Assembly (NCBI GenBank): GCA_905178155.1
Contig: CAJINV010000008.1
Coordinates: forward strand, 2,591,896 to 2,655,895
Length of the DNA: 64,000 nucleotides
Direction of reading: 5' to 3'
DNA from: Amoebophrya sp. A120
Taxonomy: Eukaryota; Protista; Dinoflagellata
The position numbers were made by a program, and so were the translations under genes. Numbering within the stretch: the first letter of the stretch is position 1; each line of letters starts with the position of its first letter. The notes below the pieces were generated by a model. The model was not told the origin of the DNA. It worked only from the letters and a program-made list of their open reading frames with translations, and searched no databases. Shown here one piece after another: positions 1 through 13,204 of the stretch.

Positions 1-3000
1 GTTGTGGTTCTCGTGGTTGACTAGCCCGTTGTAGTTCTTTTTGATTTTGTTGTGATTTTCATTATTATTTCCCAAAAACACCGGCAAGACTACACTGGAA
101 CGAGTCTTGCGCGGACTCACACTGCCTTGATGTGCGTCGTCCTGCTGGTTCCGACCAGCAGAGTTCTTGTGCTGACCGCGGCTGGACTTAGATATTACAC
201 GCTCTCCCGACGACGTCCATCCGGTTCCGGGTGCCGTAGTTGCATCTCCTCTCGACCGTCGCGAGGACGAACACGCGAGCATCATGTCCGACGCGGACAC
301 GCTGCTTCTGCGATGCGGCTCCAGCTGCGCTTGTTCTGGGTAAACGCTTCCATTGGCGCTCCTGGTTGGCGCCTTTGTAGTAATGCAGCTCGAGGTCGCG
401 GTCCCGGGAACTGCCTCTGGTCCACCTCGCACATCATCAGCATGCTGCTCATTATCGCACATTTCGCTGCACGGATTGTAGAAAGCGTTCTTCTTTTCCA
501 ACTGCTTCAGCGAACGCGGGCTCAGGGCAGAACGAGAAATCACGGCCGAATCACCATTGGCCTCGCAGGCTCTGCTGTAGTTGTCCCCGGGTTCTACTTG
601 CTGCAACTGTTTCATTTTCCCGAGAGGAGCTTCGCAACGACTAGGACCGAAAACATGATCATCGTCACAGCAGTTCAAGAATTCGTCGTCGCGGTCCAAA
701 TCTTCGTACTTTAGCATAAACCGAAACCGCTCTTGGATCCTCGCGGACGCAGAAGGCGAGGGCCTTTTGTTAGAAGAAGCTGAATGCACGCCCTCCAAAG
801 TTGCTGCTGTGGTTGTACGGTCAGTCGTCGTGCTAGCGCCGTTGTGCAGTTTCTTGGTACTTCCATTCCCTCCGCGGGACATTGATCCAGCGCGAGTAGA
901 AGACGTCGAGGGGGACCTGCGATGTTGAACCGAGCTAGAAGCAGAGGTAGATGAACTACCGACACGTGTATTCCCCCCACCGCCCCCAGCCGTCGCACCC
1001 AGGGTGAACTCGATGCCTCGCCAAACGCGGGCGCTGAGAGCGCAGTCGTCCAAGATGCGCTGTCCGTCCACGGTGAGCCGCACGGTTTTCTTCTTCAGAC
1101 TGTGCGCGAGCTCGATCAGGCTGTGTCGGCGGTGCAGCCCCAGCCCGTACTGCACCTCCCAGGAGTAATTCACTTTCGCAATCAGCTCGATCTTGCTGGG
1201 GACGTCTCTCGCAAACTCCTCGTGCCAACTGTCGAAGGGACTGGCACCCAGAAACCGCCCAGCCAGGGGTTGAAGGGCCTCAGAGTGGTGCTGGTGGTGG
1301 TCGTGCCAAGGACCGTTTTCATCATTAGTTTTCGCTGGATCGCCGTGTTCTTGGTCCGCCCCGCAGCCGCGGCCGCGTCCGGAGCGAAAATCCGGGCGGC
1401 CGCTATTGTTCTCAGCACCCACGGTCGTGGAGCTGGTACGTACGAGCTGCACATCGGGGAAGACGTTGAACAGGGGACCACCCGAAGTCGTAAATGAACG
1501 CTCCTGATCTGCAGAATAATTCTGATCCTCCTGATCCATATCACGCCGGCGCCTCGTCGCAGGAGCCTGTTGCGGCTTCCCGACCTTGCTGAGCCGGATT
1601 TTCAGGGGGTTGCGCTGTAAATGTAGGTTGCCGCAAAAGTACACTACCTGAAATGTGTGCGTCGAGCGGGGAAGGTGCACGGGCACGAAAATCGTGTCCA
1701 AATCCTCCCACTGCCGCTCGTGCAGCTGCCGCACCACCAGGTCCATGCGATTCCGATGATCCGGTCGTGCTGCAGTGGCATTACCGCTACCTCCGAGATT
1801 GGTCTGCTCTCGTCCCTGCTCCCCTCCGCCGGTCGTTTTTGATGCAACTTGTTCCGCAGTATCATGTCGGCCTCTGTTGTGGTGGTGCAACAGCAAATTT
1901 TCTTCGAGCCACACCCGTACCTTCCTGGACTTCCTCGATAGCGTCGCGTGGATCAGAAACTCCGCACAGACCACGGGTTTATTCTTCTCGACGTTGCTTA
2001 AAGTCGTCGCCTCTTGTTCTTTTTCGTGCGGAGGTGCCTTAGCATTTATTTTCCGTCTGCTACTTTTCGGCGCCACAAAGAAACGCTTTGCGGGGCTGCC
2101 TTGCTCTGGTGGCTTCGCCTTTCGCGCGGACGAAAACAAGGATGTGGCTGAGATCCTCCTAGTTGTGGTTTTGGTTTTCGTTGGTGAGACTGAGGAGCTC
2201 TGTGTGGAACTGCAATCAGCATAATAATTTCCAGCACCGCCGCGTGACGAGACCGACCCTGCTCGTCTTCTAGTTGTCCGCGCTCCTCCTGTCGCGAAAG
2301 AAGACGAAGAGGACGACGAACAGCTCTTATGCTTGCCATAATTCTGGTAGAGATACTTGTTTTCGGGCAGAACCAGCCCAAAGTCGGGCGAATGCAGGTC
2401 CCTCCGTACTTTGATCGTCCACTGGTACGCCGTCTTGCTCGTGCTCGCGAGCCGTCCCACGTTTTTGCTCTATCAAAAAGAAAAATCCCCCCTCCCCATA
2501 TCGAAAACGAAATCTGTGGTGCAGTATCTGAGTACATCACAGATCGCATTTGTTTTGCTGGAGAGGACTGCAGACCCATATCAGGCCTGAGTAGAGCGGC
2601 TTTGACTTAGGCGCTTAGCATGAAAAGCGTCCGTGATGTTGGCTCAACAGCATGACAAACCGGCTCTATAATGGGACGGAAGCTGCTGCCCTTGTCTTCT
2701 TGCAACACAAACGTGATTTGTGACCTCAAATCAGCAACGCAAATTTTCGAAAGCCTACCTCTTCAATATGGGGAGGGGGGATTTTTCCTTGCGATATGCT
2801 CTCCTCCACGACCTCCAGCAGAGACGCGTCGCTCGTGCTGGTCTCAATGTGCTGGCGTCGACCAGAACCACAGGCGGAAACGCCCTTCATGTTAACGACG
2901 CCGTCGTGCCCGCTCTCGTGCTCTGCTGGACGAAAAGCCAAGGTTTTGTAGTAGATGCCGTGATATATTGCGATACTTTTCTTTTTCCATTTCCATGGAC

Positions 3001-3112
3001 GGCTGTGTGTGCTGTTTCCATTTCCATGGACCTGGCGGCGCGTGTGTGTGCTGAACTTTGGCCTTCGAAGACCTAGAAAAATATTTGATCGTAAAAGAAG
3101 GAACTCATGCAA
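1..3112 (-). CDS. Hypothetical protein, 3' end runs off the window; interrupted by introner 2471-2796
   Basis: Removing the element plus one TSD joins ...LLEVVEES to KNVGRLASTSKTAYQWTIKV. A minus frame read in segments (e.g. WHEEFARDVPSKIELIAKVNYSWEVQYG, ERFRFMLKYEDLDRDDEF) appears open toward base 1. Start uncertain. Confidence 0.6.
2471..2796. mobile_element. Inverted-repeat introner, family B
   Basis: TIR TATCAAAAAGAAAAATCCCCCCTCCCCATATCGAA / TTCAATATGGGGAGGGGGGATTTTTCCTTGCGATA; perfect TSD TGCTC; removal restores the frame. Confidence 0.9.
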
Positions 3113-3935
3113 AAGTCAATGAATCAAGCAAGTCGCTTCAGAACCACTGAGACGAAAGCGAACACGAACAGCTTTCAACAAACTGACTGTCCAACACAAT
3201 CAATGCATGGGACAGTGTGCCTGAGAAACCAAAGGAGCGCAGCACGGTGTAAAAGTCATGCTATGGTCGCACTGTAATGTATGAAATTATCACACCAGAC
3301 ACACTATGTGCTTTCCGTGAGCAGGCTACTTGCAATTAGCAAGGCACTACTTCAGTGAGCCGCGCTCACGAATCTATCTTCGAATCAAATGAAATGGGAA
3401 AGTATGGGGCATTGCCAGCATGGCTCTCCGATTTCCGTCGCAGACTGGGACTGCTGCATCAGGGTTCCTGATGCGGGGGAATTACTCAGGTCAGCGCTTA
3501 GGCTTCGCGTTCTTCGAACTTCTATCTTCAACAGGAGCATTGCCGGTGGCGTTCCGGGTCGTGCATGATCTTCATCTTCTATTGCGCCGGTATAATAAAT
3601 TCTTGCGGACCACCTCCAATCATATGAAGACCTTGCGTTCAACGTCCAAGTTCAATATCATTTCCACACGGCAGGAGTCACTTCCGCAGCCACAACACCA
3701 GAACTCGCAGACGCAGTGTCTGACGTCCGGCTTTCATTCGGTAAGGTGTCGGTTGGTGGTGGCAGGGACGAACAAGCCAGACCCAAAGTTGATGTCGCTG
3801 TACTCCTAGTCCACCACCTCCTCGGGGGAGAATAAATGCTGAAACGCCGGTCAGGTGGTGGTCGGCGAAAGTATTCTTTGCTTCCTGTCGCCGATATTTT
3901 TACCACACGAAGAACCCGGCTACGTACTGCTTTAC

Positions 3936-6429
3936 TCAGCCGATTTTCTTCCGCCATATGTAGATTTCTTGCTGCTTGAAATACCTTAAAAATATTTGTA
4001 TGAACAAGTTGTACACACGATCTTCACCGGGAGTAGCTGTTGTTTGCAACGACATTTTTTGCATCTTCTTCTTCGTAGTTCATGTTCCCTGATGAAACAA
4101 CAAATGGAAATGACTCGTCCAAGTCCTGAGAGACAGCTACATATTAACCAGGTTCATTGATTTCTTGCTGTTGGTAGTGGTACCCCATTCCCATACAAAG
4201 GTAAAACATGTTCCTGTTGCACGTATACATGCTGTGCCCCCAGAAAAAAAAGTGACAAACTCCTATACCTCCTATCCTCTTCATCCACCAGCACCAGATT
4301 GAGAAAGTATTTCACCGAGAACTTGTTTTGTACGTTTTTGTATGTCGGCTGGAGGTCGACCCCCGAGAGGTAGAAGCGGACGGGAATGCATTCCCCCCGC
4401 ACCGGCGCACCGTCCATGATTTCGAACTTGGTCAGCGTTTCGTTGTCGCTGCTCTGGTTCTGCGCACCGGACCCCGTGGTTTCGCGCCGGATTATGTTCA
4501 GCTCCATGTATCAAATGTAAAAATGTCTGGGTCTGGAAGATTGCCAGGTTTGTCATGCTTGTCTGGCATGACTCTAAAATATGTCATGCACGTTACCCAA
4601 GAGCCCCACTTTGCTGTCATGCAGAAACGCAGTTTTTCATGCAGAATAGCCAACACCTAGAAGCTCAACAGCTTGTCATGCTGCGCCAGCACTTGTGGCC
4701 TCTTCATGACACGCCACCCAGCATCACAAGTTTCCAGACCCAGACATTTTTACATTCGATACCATGTGCTTGATCTTGATTCGCACCAGCAGAAAGTACA
4801 CCTTCCCTACCACCACATCCTTCATATGGTACTTGCTTTTATCGTACCTGAGTACAGAAGTAGTGGGGTGTCAAAACGAGCAGGATCTCGGTGAAAAGAA
4901 TACTTGCAGGTTGTAACTGTAAGTGTCGGCGTCGGCCACAGCACAGCTACGTGATATGTAATAAATAAATTACAGTGAACAAAATCAAAAACCAACTGTG
5001 AAGCAACAAAAATAAAAATCATGACAGAGAAGCAAGACACGTTGCAGTAAATACTCAAACTCGATGTGCAAGCAGTCCTCTATGCCGACCTCCATCTTGA
5101 TGGTATTGTTGATGTCTGGAACGGTGAAGCTGTTGAGTACAATTTTGCATGTTTTTATGCCGCAGATGCAGATGCACAAGGGCATCAGTAAAAACTCGCA
5201 ACGAAGTTAAAGTAAAGTAAGTTATTTTATCAATACTTTGAATTACAGCTACAAACTAAAGCTAAAACTTCATTCAACGTGCACAAACGAAAAACTATAC
5301 AGGTTCTGCACGACGAGGTCGACTTCCTTGGTGATGTTCGAGCTATAATTCCTGACCACCACCAGCCGGACGAAGACTATCCACCGCAAAAGTGTCTCGC
5401 TCGTTTGGAAAATTAATTGTGATGCGCGGCTGGCATGGGTCTGAATAGATACTACAACTGCGGTGCATATTCTTGCAGACATCATGCCGTGTGAAGATGT
5501 CGTGTATTGCTGAAAATCTTGAACAAATTGCTACCACCTTCAGATACATCAAAAATTTTCCAGCGAATTTATTCTAGCAGAGACACCATGCGTAAAGTAG
5601 CGGAGCCGCACATTTATCCCTGAGTAGGTCTCGCACTGCTTTATCAAATGTAAAAATGTCTGGGTCTGGAAACTTGTGATGCTGTGTGGCGTATCATGAG
5701 GAGGCCACAATTGCTGGCTCAGCATGACAAGTTTCTGAGCTTCTAGGTGTTGCCTATTCTGCATGACAAACTACGTTTCTGCATGACAGAAAAGCGCAGC
5801 TCTTTGGTAATGTGCATGACAGATTTAGGAGTCATGCCAGACAAGCATGACAAACTTGCATTCTTCCAGACCCAGACATTTTTACACTTGATATGCTTGT
5901 CCACTGAGCCAAATCGGAACTTCCACTGTTTTGACTCGAATATCGCGCCGGGAGGCTCCAGGTCTTTGACGATCGCAAAAAAATCGTAGCTGTTACCTAG
6001 CAAGGAGTTTTAAGAGGGCGCTCGGTCGGTCGTGGTTTTGTTTAACAAAATAAACTAACAACTTCTTCATCTTCTGATGAGGCTGCAGTATCTATTCAGA
6101 AAGGAAGAGCAGCAGGAGGAGAGAGAACTAAGTACAGCTACAGTCCGTGGCGACCACATCGACATCTAGAAAAATCATTTTTAGTAAGTACTTTTGTCGT
6201 AGATCATGTCCACCTGGCCAATGAGTTCGACTCGTATGCCCTGGTGGTCGACCTTCTTTCCGGGTCGCACGGACACGACAGCGGTACCGTTGACATCCTC
6301 TCCGTCCGTATATATGTAGGCGCGCTCGCCCTTCTTGTCCCGGCCAAGCGGCGCCGTTTTTCGGTTTTCCTCCGCATCCAGTGTGATGTCCACCGTGCAT
6401 GGAGTACCTCCGAAAAAACCGGACAGCAT
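3936..6429 (-). CDS. VPS26: Vacuolar protein sorting-associated protein 26 (retromer subunit), 8 exons
   Basis: Motifs [84 protein letters not shown]. Four GT-AG introns and three introner introns. Confidence 0.95.
4509..4761. mobile_element. Inverted-repeat introner, family A
   Basis: TIR TATCAAATGTAAAAATGTCTGGGTCTGGAA / TTCCAGACCCAGACATTTTTACATTCGATA; TSD CCATG; removal gives [13 protein letters not shown]. Confidence 0.95.
5378..5594. mobile_element. Degenerate introner, family A-like
   Basis: Left end TATCCACCGCAAAAGTGTCT, right end ...GCGTA; TSD AAGAC/AAGTA; removal gives the conserved LRYFVRL. Confidence 0.65.
5642..5893. mobile_element. Inverted-repeat introner, family A, opposite orientation to 4509-4761
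   Basis: Same TIRs; interior is the reverse complement of the 4509 copy; TSD TGCTT; removal gives FGSVDKQCETY. Confidence 0.95.
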
Positions 6430-8643
6430 TTTTCTGACGTCTTCCTGACGGCGCTTCTTCTCCTTTCGCACGCGCCTCGGCACAGCACTTTTTGCTCGCG
6501 ACTACGAAAAGGAATCGTCCTGCCGTCCTCCTTGTCGCTGCACCCACTTTTAATGCTGGGGGCTTTGCTCCCTGCTACCCCTAACTCCTGATTGACGGAC
6601 CACGACGACAGGCGGTCGAGGTCGTCAATATAGTGCACCCGGTGCCTCCTGCGTCAAGCCCGCGTCTTCCTACAATTTTCCGCAGGAACTGGAACTTACA
6701 CCTTCTGTGTCGTGGTGCCCTGCACTACTCGTTCGAGATGAACTATGCTCGGCCGGGGCTCTCGGCCCGCGATTAACTATGCTCGGGCGTAGGTGACAGG
6801 GGTTGTCCTTTTCTTGATGGAAAACTACCTCCGAACTGGAGCACGCACTGACTTGGTGGTCTTGTCTGCAACGCAGGGGGCGCATGTGCTTGTCGTGGAA
6901 CGTCGCAAAAATCTAATTCATTCCCAGCACGCATGATCCTCTGCTGCGGTACACGTCGTGTCGTCCGTGCTCAGCTGTCGTCGTGTGCCAGCACAACTCG
7001 GAGTCGGTTTTGAAAATCAGTATCACATCAAGAAGATTATCTGGCTGCCCTGTCCTGTGTCCTCGACTTCAGTCTGCTGATATGACACCGGCACCAGTTC
7101 AGGGTCGACGACGTCCAAGAGTGCCTATGACTGCTGCTGCACGTCGGCCCGGTAGTACTGCTACTGGTGAGCGGTGATGTCGCTGGAAAACGCCTCGTAA
7201 AACTTTTCCGAGAACCCGTAGTTCCTTCGTGTCGTCTTCTCGCCGGCGGCCACCCCAAAATAGATACGTCGCATCGATTTTTACAGCAGTCTCAGATGAC
7301 CAGAAGAGGAACTACAGTCAACGTCATGGTGTTGTTTCCGTAAAAAGTAGTACTGCGGCCATCGTTCCCGCAAAAATCATCATGAATTCGAGGCCTAATT
7401 GTCGGCGAATCTCAATCTCAAAGCGACAAATGGACTTAGTGTGAAACAAAAGATCAAAAATTTCATCCAGTGCAGCCGTTTGGCTCGATGACTGTAGAAC
7501 AAAGTTTGCTTAAAATCATTGCAATAATCACGTCACAATGATGAAGCAATACATAGAGTTGTAAAAGGAGCGCAACTATGCCTAGTCGGATCTAAAGTTG
7601 CTTGCTCAGCCATGTCGTGGTTGAGTGATCTGTAGTTAGAAGTGTATTTCGATTTCATCCACGATCTTCTATAGTCATGCCGGTGATCGCAAGAACGGCG
7701 GCCAAACAATGGAAATCAATCGCCGAACACGATGCTAATTCAGTGGAACCTGCTACCGTGTTACAATCCTTAACTTGCCTGCTTCTCAGGAGCACGCCAT
7801 CTATACATAGTTTTTTAGATGCCTCTGCCTATGCGCGCTGATGGATCGCATCAAGTATACAGGAGGAGATGCAGGAGCAAACGCCTGTGCTAGTTCTCTT
7901 TGTCATCTGTCACGACGGCATGAGCGGAATCCGGTTCTTTCATGAAGCACATGTCCTTTATTTGCGTGGGGGTGGTAAAAATCAAGCTGTGAACTTTTGT
8001 TGTATCTATAGCACTATGTTGAAGTTGATGCTGTCTCATAATGTTGAGAATCAAACTACTGAATAAGTAAACTCTAGTTGCCTAGTAAAAGCCCTTCATT
8101 CCTATACTTTTTCCTCGATCTCGTAACAATGCTTGCATTCGACATCCCGTCAGAGCGGTCTCGACATGACGCCTCTACGTTATCTTATGGTAAAAACACG
8201 TTGCAATCCTAAAGCAAGTTGATGACAACAAAAACAAGTTTTATTTTCGTGTTGCGTTTCGTCCGAATGAAAACACCAGGGAATGTATCTCAATGAGACC
8301 ATCCATTTTCACGAAAGCTGAAAAGTGGCAATCAAGTTTAACTTTAAGGTCTGCCTCTGCCTCAGACTCGTCTGTATTATTTCTTGCTGTGGTTCTAGTT
8401 TTGGTTTTAACATTAACATCATGAACAGGTACATTACCGTCTCTGAAGACCGAGCGATCTGCAACTTCATCCTTCGTTCCATTATGTGGAGCGCAGTCCA
8501 AAACCAAAAGTTTTTTCTAGCTCCTCAGCCTCAAATGAAATATCTTCACTCCGATTCTTATGGGTGGACCGTCTGGAAGGTAGACCACCCTGCATACGAG
8601 AAGCAGCGAATTCTGCTCTAAGTCTCACCATTTCATCCGCCAC

Positions 8644-8900
8644 CTACGACCAGATCACGGGGACCACGCTGTGCACGATCCTGTCCGCTTGTCGCCGGAC
8701 CTCTTCGGGTAGGGCCGGATTCTGTTGGCACTTCTGCAACGCGTTGAGCCCCGCATACTGCAACTTGTTGCCGAACAGAATGTACTTCGCGATTCGGGTC
8801 TGCGCGTTGGTGTCTGCTTTGATTCCCCGGTCCACGCGGTCGAGCCGCTCCAGCGCCACTCCGATCTTTTCCAAGTTCTGGAAGGAAAAAATGTGTTGGT
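8644..8900 (-). CDS. Probable last exon of a small hypothetical gene; upstream exons possibly extend to about 9750
   Basis: GC-rich, protein-like ORF segment NLEKIGVALERLDRVDRGIK...VVPVIWS preceded by TTCCAG (acceptor-like). No family recognised. Confidence 0.45.
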
Positions 8901-9947
8901 GTAAAAATAAATCTGCGTTCTTGCAGACGGCGATCTTCATGCAAGAGTAACACATTTACTTCTTATCCAACGCCGAAAAATCATGTTGGAGCACGACCAA
9001 AGATATCATCCCGAGCAGAGAGAGTTCATACGTGCCTTGAAGGAAGTGCTGGTGCTATCGCACATCACCGATTTTCCTAACGAGCACGAGCAATTCTAGC
9101 GGTGATATATGTATCATGGACTGACATGGATCGCAAAAGGTTATGCACTAGACACACTTTCTTTCTTGGATACAGGTGCAGGGCGGACGAATCGGCGGAT
9201 GACGAGGAGGACACCAGAGACCTATTTTTCGGGCACAATTCAAGCGACGTAAGCGTATGACAAATCAAGATACCTCATAATGACACAACCGGTTAATTTT
9301 CACTTAGCGTCCAGAACCATATCAGGGAGAACCCCTTGTTGATACCACACTGCTACGTAAGAGTAAGACTTCAATAGCTGACAAAATTCAAAGAATGTCG
9401 AATCTATCTGAGTACGTGAGCTGCCCGATGCAGATGTCCAACAGCTCTGCGATTTGACCTTCGTCGTCCACCATATGCAACAGAAAAAAAGCAAAAGCTG
9501 ACTTGCTCTCACGTGTCTCACGAAAAATGGCACTGGTGCTGTTGCATGTTTATTTTTCTTTGCCATGACCATTTTTGCCCTGATGTTCATCACACCGCAA
9601 GAACAAACTCGAAGCAAAAGCAGAAATGTCCAATGAAGATTGTACAGAATTATCACTTTTACGAATTATTTTTCCGCTTGGATAAAAATTGTGTTCGATG
9701 GTCTCCGGAAAAGAAGCCCAGTCGTCTCCCGAAGAAGACAAGGACGAGGTAGACAACCTGCTTGTGTATATTCAGATACCGTGATTAGGATTAGCAGTTT
9801 TTTCCTCTTCTGTCTTCTGTATTAGCGCTTTGCTTTCAGTTTCACCTTAATAGGTTGTGAGTACCACTTACATTTTTGCTCAATTCTGGGCCTGCGCGAA
9901 AACGGCAAAAATGAACATCAAGATGATGAACAAGTCAAAATTACAAA

Positions 9948-12127
9948 CTACAAGCCGGAGTAAAGCGAAGATCCTGCCGTTGAAAATCCTGATCCCAGAG
10001 CATATTGCACAGGCCTGTTAGCCACCACCACGCTGAAAAAAAAAATAAGAAAGTAGTACCCTTGCTTTTCCTGGCTGCGAACCGCCCGTGCAGCCGCCAT
10101 TCCCGCTGTGTCGTGTCCAGAAATGATCGCAGGATCTCTTCCATCAGGATCTTTTCCATCACCCGCAACGTCTCCGGTCGAAGAAGAAGACCACGACTTC
10201 GAAGCAGACTTCCGGAACCGCAAGGACTGACCGTTCGTGTTTATCTCCCCGTCAATTCCCTGTTCCCGACCAGCTCCCGTGCGGTCTTCGGAGAAGAAAG
10301 TGGTAGAAGCGGAATTCAAAGGAGCCGCATGTTCTTGTTGACCCTTCTGTTTACTACCCGGCGCTACACTTCTTGGCAAAACGATCCCCTCCTGCGCCAT
10401 CAACACGGCCATTGGACTGGGCGGAACGATCCGGGTCGTCGAAGAAAAGTTTGGGTCGTCGTGCGCCGCCCGCCCTATGCATTGCAAATGCTCACGTGGT
10501 CTGGGCGTTGTTTTGGAAAGAAAAGGATGCAGCTTTGCAATGCTCTCCGTCAGCGGCCACAGAAAAATCAGGTGTCATGAACCTCCAGTAGCAAAAGCCA
10601 TTCACTTTTCCTTTTGCGCACACCGAAAGAGGATTTCATCTCATGCAGAGTACTCAACCTTGCAAAGCTCTCGCAAATGAACCTCTAACGCCGAGCGCTG
10701 CATTTCGGACCTTCACCTTCTGGGCCGCGCAAAGCCTGCATGACGAACATCCTGATCCTTCTTTTTCCAGCCTGCCCGCCCCACATTATTTGCACATGGA
10801 TACAATCTGCAGCAGTACTATTCACGTCATGTCCTTGGTGAGACAGTGCGCCATCCACCTGTTCAGACGACGCCGACGAAGCATGGGACCGCGACCGCGA
10901 GTAAGTTCGCGCGCTTCCACTTGCACCTCCCGAGCCCCTGTCCTGCAACAAATCCCTGGCCAAAAGGCTTCCCGAGTGGTCGTCCCCAGGGGTGGAAGTA
11001 GGTGTGTCCGTGGTCGGCGTCGGGATCTTCATCGAAGTGAGCATTCCAAGCTGCTGGTCCCGGACATCTTCACCAGCTGATGCGCTGAAACCCGGCGACA
11101 GCACTCCTTTCTTCTCATTCTCGCGCCGATTATGGATTGTAAAAATGTCTGGGTCTGGAAGGTTGGAACTTGTAATGCTAGCTTTCTATACCTAGAAAAT
11201 CTGTATTGCATAACCAACAAAAGTCGCAGCCTCTTTTGTCATGCAAAAACGCAGCTTCTTATGCGGATTGCGTATGAGAAAGCGTTGTGGGAAGTTGTCA
11301 TGCCGGACTGCATTCGGAAGTGTTTTCATCATGCACATTTTAGCATCACAAGTTTCCAGACCCAGACATTTTTGCATTTGATACCGCTCCTCATCTTGCA
11401 ACAGTGTGGCGTCCAGCGGCGAACCGGCTGTGCTGGTCGTGCAGGTCGACGCCTCTTCCTTCCCAGTGGTTCGGCTCGTATGCATTGCAAATACGTCTGG
11501 AGGGTGGTCTGGAGGTGGAAAGCTGTACGGATACATGTCAGTGAATATATCGCACCACCGCCAAGAGTGACAAGCTTTCTCGTGGCCTTGCCTTGCCGTG
11601 TATTCCGCAAAGAGAAACTGCGTTTTTGCATAAGTAGGAGAAGGCAAGAGGACGTCTTCCTCGTGGTCGTGCTGGCAACGGCAAAATCATATTTTTTCCG
11701 CAGCAATCACAGACAGTCAGAGTCATTCCGGACTAGCATGACATCACATCTCGCAAACGCAATCTGAATCTTCCCGACCCAGACGCATTATTTGCGGTGG
11801 ATAGCTCGTGCGCGAGGAAAATTTACGCGCTGGTGCTGCAAGTCCTCGTACAGCCTCGGCAGTTGTACACCCCTCGCGCAAACTCCGCTCCCGCGCGAGC
11901 TCCCCTTCGAGCTCCCGCTGCCGCTCCTGTAACTTCGACAGCTGTGCGTACAGAAACAGGAATGCCACTGACATCAGCATTGAAAAGCTGCCAAGAATGA
12001 TCGGCAAATAGGAGGTTCCCGTATGCAAGCGAAAAACTGAGGAGCGGAGGAATTTCCGGGGGCAGTTGAAGTTACGACCGTAGATGGTAGCAGTAGACAC
12101 AGCTTTTCCTTTTGTTTGTATTTTCAC
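9948..12127 (-). CDS. Hypothetical membrane protein (one TM segment, coiled coil, low-complexity region) with 3 introners; start uncertain
   Basis: ORFs 11744-12127, 11192-11647, 10685-11104 and 9948-10487 join in frame once elements 11479-11803, 11131-11383 and 10476-10802 are removed. Confidence 0.6.
10476..10802. mobile_element. Degenerate introner, family A-like, with possible GT-AG boundaries
   Basis: TATGCATTGCAAAT ... TTATTTGCACATGGATA; TSD decayed (CGCCC/CAATC); in-frame join. Confidence 0.65.
11131..11383. mobile_element. Inverted-repeat introner, family A
   Basis: TATGGATTGTAAAAATGTCTGGGTCTGGAA / TTCCAGACCCAGACATTTTTGCATTTGATA; TSD CCGAT/CCGCT; join DEERRENEKK. Confidence 0.9.
11479..11803. 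mobile_element. Introner, family A-like
   Basis: TATGCATTGCAAATACGTCTGG / CCCAGACGCATTATTTGCGGTGGATA; perfect TSD GCTCG; join SSRTSRTTGK. Confidence 0.85.
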
Positions 12128-13204
12128 CTAATGTCATACTCAACATACTCATCACCATACTGGAGACTCCGATGTCCCATATTAACAAAAGTGAACCCCA
12201 TGAGCACGCATTTTTTGGGCTCTCTTGGATTCCATGCAAAACTTCGAGCTGCGCTTTCATTATCATTACGAGTAGTTTTTCCTATGAATCAACTTCGTCT
12301 TCATCAGTACAGTTTCACTCAAACAGTTTTCCTGTTGGATAGGTGGCTGCTGCAGCGCCAGACGTGGTCACGCCGGCTGTCGCCGTAACCACGGCCGCCG
12401 CGGTGGACATTATTCACCTCTTGCAGGATGCTAATCTACAATACTCAGGGTGTTGTTCGTCTTCACGGATTCTTCATTCTGAATATGCGTTGATGAAGAG
12501 CAACTTGCGACGAGCGTGTTTGCGCTTACGGATTGGAGCTATCGTTATGTTGATTCAAGCTGCTCTCGAAAAACTAAAATCTGTCGCTTCACATTCATTT
12601 TGCAAACGATCATTATTTTCTATTTCTGCATCAAGGTTTATTTACCGAGCGTCGCTTGAGTTTGTGGTCTCTACCCTAATTTTCCACTTATAATCTTGCG
12701 TCCAGAAGTTCGTTGCTACTGATAGCGCCATCACGATCACCGATCGGAATGAAGAAAGAGTAGAATAAAAAAAAACACACGCCCGTTGGGAAGCACAGCT
12801 AACGACAGAATCCTATAGATGCCAATCCAGATGCATTCATATAGCAAAACGCGAAGTCAGTTTTCCTTTTGGCTCAACCGGCGAGATCTCTCCGGGTCCA
12901 GTAAACCGAATCACCCAAGAAACAAACTGTGAACACAGACACAGTGCCCGTGTTCAGGCGGTCTACATTTATTTCAGCCGAGGTATAAAACTCACAGCAC
13001 ATGCAGAACATAGTCATATTGATATTGATTCATATTTATTAGTTCGAGTCGCCGTTGCTAACCTGACATTGCTTGAAGTTGAAATGAAAAAGATCGGGGG
13101 GACATTAGGGTATGAAAAAAGAACAACAGCAGGTGTACTTCATCTACTTCTAACTTTGTCATATGCATGGAAATTTTTTACATGAGCCCCTCACATCTGT
13201 GATG

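Noticed and set aside
6600-8500. Short ORFs upstream of VPS26
   Set aside because: No recognisable motif or consistent exon structure; treated as intergenic.
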